64,000 nt of DNA from Candidatus Nanoarchaeia archaeon (GTDB lineage Archaea > Nanobdellota > Nanobdellia > Woesearchaeales > UBA10216), in assembly GCA_028279045.1 (NCBI GenBank), contig JANQSZ010000023.1, positions 248 to 64,247 of the forward strand. Direction: 5' to 3'. The translations under genes and the position numbers were made by a program. Positions 61,632-64,000 of this stretch are shown in pieces. Below the pieces are notes generated by a model. The model ran no database searches, was not told the DNA's origin, and was given only the letters and a program-made list of their open reading frames with translations. Position 1 is the first letter of the stretch, and every line of letters begins with the position of its first letter.

Positions 61632-62665
61632 AACAGGAAGAATCCTGAAAAGAAGATTCCTGCCACAGATACCATTCCTAGATAAACAACCTGTGAAGAA
61701 ATCAAAAAGATAGGGAAGTATTTCATTCCTCCTCGTACAGATCCTGTGCTGATGATAGACACAATAGCAGCCGAGAAAAACGACATCGTTGCTAATGATA
61801 AATGTGAAAATTGTTGAAATACCCCAATATCAATTTCAAAATCTGAAAAATTTATAGGGAGCAAGTCTGCTGCCGATGCACCAGTTCCGATTTTATCCGC
61901 AAATCCTTGTACAATTTGCACAAAGAAGTACGAAAGCGTAAACAGTAGTGGCGCTACAACCACGACAATTGCAAACAAAAAGATAACGTACGTCAGATTT
62001 GTGGCTCGCATGTCTTCTTTGAGCTCTCTCGTCTCTTCCAGGTTCTCAACAACACGATCAATCAGATCAGCGACTTTCCCGCCACTTCGAATTCCTTCGA
62101 TAATCAAGTCAAATGATCGCCGCATAAGAGGTGAATTGTACTTCATAGTAAACTCTCGCAGCGCTTCATCCACATCCTGGCCAGTCATAACTCTTTTCGC
62201 CGCAAGCCGAACTTCATTCGCCAGCACGCCAAACTCGGGTTTAATCGCGCTCCACAATGCTTTCTCGAAAGGCATTCCACCTTTCAAGTTTTCCGATACA
62301 TAACGAAGAAAATCAGGCAGCACAACTTCCATTTGCTTTGTTCTCTGGAAAATAATCAGTTCAAAGTAGAAGTACAATGTTCCTGTAAAGAGTGATATGG
62401 CTCCGAGCGTTACAAATGTGAAGCTCAGCAACGTTACAACAAAAACTGTAAGTGGGCCTGCCTCCCCTGACGAGATATAGCGAGGATAAACCCATAAAAG
62501 GAAAAACAAGACTGCTGTAAACAAACCACCATAGAAAATCGATCCAAACAAAGAGTACGGAACTTCTGTCATTCCGGTCTTTAGAAAGTACCCACGGAGA
62601 TGCCGTCTGATCAGCTTCGGTACAAACGCTTTTCCGAATTCCTCAGGATACAGTATTTGCCACAT
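61628..62665 (-). CDS. type II secretion system F-domain membrane protein (TadC/FlaJ-like) of the pilus assembly machinery
   Basis: 345 aa. TM helices flank a cytoplasmic T2SSF-like domain (…RLAAKRVMTGQDVDEALREF…IIEGIRSGGKVADLIDRV…). Confidence 0.65.
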   Translation of the reverse strand: MWQILYPEEFGKAFVPKLIRRHLRGYFLKTGMTEVPYSLFGSIFYGGLFTAVLFFLLWVYPRYISSGEAGPLTVFVVTLLSFTFVTLGAISLFTGTLYFYFELIIFQRTKQMEVVLPDFLRYVSENLKGGMPFEKALWSAIKPEFGVLANEVRLAAKRVMTGQDVDEALREFTMKYNSPLMRRSFDLIIEGIRSGGKVADLIDRVVENLEETRELKEDMRATNLTYVIFLFAIVVVVAPLLFTLSYFFVQIVQGFADKIGTGASAADLLPINFSDFEIDIGVFQQFSHLSLATMSFFSAAIVSIISTGSVRGGMKYFPIFLISSQVVYLGMVSVAGIFFSGFFLF

Positions 62666-63525
62666 CAGAGATCCACCGTCGGTCGAATTGATTTAATGAT
62701 AAACACAAAGCTCATTTGAAATACGCCGAGTGCAAACAACACAATATACACCATAGGTGTTGTGATCGTGATACCGACAATACTTGCTAGAATAAACATC
62801 ATCGCTAGTCCTAAGGAAGGCATAACAACTGCGAGGACCATGTAGAACAACAAGACGCTGCTCAGTTTCTTTCCATACGCCTTGATTTCAATTTGCTGTT
62901 CCACAGTAATTGCATGCAACGTATTCCGGAGCGCTTTAGAAACTTCAGTTCCTGTCTTCAGCGCCAACAAAATTTGCCAAATGATTTTCTTGAATCGTTC
63001 TGAACTAGAGTATGTTCTCGCGTTGGAAAGTGCAATTTCCATCGGCGTCCCGGTATTAATCTCGTCAACAATCTCTTTGAAGTATTTACCTGCAACTCCA
63101 TAGCTGTGGGATGCATCGATAAGCGTGTTAAACATCGGTGTTCCTGATTCTAGTTTCACAAGAATGTATCGTCCTGCAAACAGCACATCTTTGTCGATTT
63201 CACGCTGTCTTTTCTTGATGTATCCCGACGGGGTGTTCATCAAAAAGAAGAACGATCCCAAAAAAGAAAAAACACCAACGAGGACAAGCATCACGAGTAC
63301 ATCAAGCGGATGGCGGTCTCGCGAAAACAGAAAGAATGCAATGGCAACCAGTCCGATAGAAAGGAATCCTGCGAGCTGCAGCGATCTCTTCACGAATTGT
63401 TCTGGCGTGTACCGAAGGTGGGCAATACGAATTTTCTTTCGTAACCCAGGGAACTTCAGTGCAATGATGTGTACAATGTCCATTTTACAGCTTGAGTCGT
63501 CCTGTGTAGTACTTTGACATGACAA
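62665..63525 (-). CDS. type II secretion system F-domain membrane protein (TadB/FlaJ-like), separate gene
   Basis: 286 aa with a T2SSF-like domain (…YFKEIVDEINTGTPMEIALSNA…LKTGTEVSKALRNT…). Its start overlaps the stop of the previous gene by 1 nt, so the two single-domain genes resemble a split FlaJ or a TadB/TadC pair. Confidence 0.65.
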   Translation of the reverse strand: MSCQSTTQDDSSCKMDIVHIIALKFPGLRKKIRIAHLRYTPEQFVKRSLQLAGFLSIGLVAIAFFLFSRDRHPLDVLVMLVLVGVFSFLGSFFFLMNTPSGYIKKRQREIDKDVLFAGRYILVKLESGTPMFNTLIDASHSYGVAGKYFKEIVDEINTGTPMEIALSNARTYSSSERFKKIIWQILLALKTGTEVSKALRNTLHAITVEQQIEIKAYGKKLSSVLLFYMVLAVVMPSLGLAMMFILASIVGITITTPMVYIVLFALGVFQMSFVFIIKSIRPTVDL

Positions 63526-64000
63526 GTCCGATCTCGTTCACGTCGTTCATATTTCTGTTCACGAGCCATTTCAGGATGTTTTTCTTCTCTGCCAGGTTTT
63601 TTTCAATGGCAGCTACATCCATTCCCGTGTAGAGTTGTAAAATTTCATACAGTCGCGTTGGTTTAGCAACTTCAACAAACTGGTCCTTCACAGGATTATG
63701 CTGAATAAACACGTGCGGCGAGCTATCTGGCATGATCTCTGCGATTTGCAGTGATCGGCGCTTACCTGTTCGTCGGTTTCTGCTCTGTACTAATATCAAT
63801 CCAATCGACGTCAGCAACGGTTTAGGAATGTCAATTGGTGGATTCGTCAAACGCACAACAGTTTCTTCGGCATTGTTTGCGTGCAGCGTAGCATATACCG
63901 AGTGACCAGTGTGCATCGCTTCAAACAGTACTTCTGCCTCTCGTTTACGACGGACCTCTCCCATAATAATTCGGTCAGGACGCATACGTAATGCGTTAAC
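63485..64000 (-). CDS. type IV pilus/archaellum-family secretion ATPase (FlaI/CpaF/VirB11-like), C-terminal part only; gene continues beyond the window
   Basis: Frame is open to the window edge. RPDRIIMGEVRRKREAEVLFEAMHTGHSVYATLHA is the conserved His-box/C-terminal region of this ATPase family. Confidence 0.8.
   Translation of the reverse strand, partial: VNALRMRPDRIIMGEVRRKREAEVLFEAMHTGHSVYATLHANNAEETVVRLTNPPIDIPKPLLTSIGLILVQSRNRRTGKRRSLQIAEIMPDSSPHVFIQHNPVKDQFVEVAKPTRLYEILQLYTGMDVAAIEKNLAEKKNILKWLVNRNMNDVNEIGLVMSKYYTGRLKL

Noticed and set aside
1-64000. Possibility that the contig is bacterial (because of M23, SLT, NiSOD, HPF-like, Kazal and lipoprotein genes)
   Set aside because: Core information-processing genes are unambiguously archaeal: class I LysRS, archaeal ProRS and GluRS, thermosome, histones, Alba, Pth2, intron-containing tRNAs and class III pilin signals. 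The bacterial-type genes are best explained as horizontal acquisitions.

Overview
This 64 kb window reads as a low-GC archaeal chromosome segment, most likely from a DPANN-like or other small-genome archaeon. The lineage call is inference from gene content. Archaeal markers include class I LysRS, archaeal-type GluRS and ProRS, a thermosome, two histone-fold genes, Alba, Pth2 and SRP54. Seven tRNAs carry features such as G3:U70 in tRNA-Ala, a 44-nt intron in tRNA-Met/Ile(CAU) and a probable non-canonical intron in tRNA-Leu. Many genes have a cTTTATAAA box about 25 nt upstream of the start codon, consistent with leaderless transcripts. Interleaved with the housekeeping genes is a large surface/host-interaction gene set. 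It contains a type IV pilus cluster with EppA-type (QxAMEF / QxSxE) class III signal peptides: one major pilin, five overlapping minor pilin-like genes, split TadB/TadC-like membrane genes and a partial FlaI/CpaF-type ATPase at the window edge. Two tandem giant paralogs (894 and 1008 aa) begin with a complete pilin domain and continue into repeated ~70-aa modules, and the second ends in a LamG-like domain. Two giant Cys-rich surface proteins (1747 and 1095 aa) are also present. A secreted M23 peptidase and a GH23/SLT-like lytic transglycosylase sit on either side of the pilin genes. Other unusual items are a Ni-superoxide dismutase with its maturation protease (sodN-sodX), a Kazal-domain protein, an RHH-fused sugar nucleotidyltransferase, an HPF/YfiA-like protein and a conserved ~55-nt module that duplicates the tRNA 3' end downstream of both tRNA-Ser genes. 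No CRISPR array, integrase or transposase was found. The most novel candidate system is the pilin-fused giant adhesin pair together with the pilus and murein-hydrolase locus.
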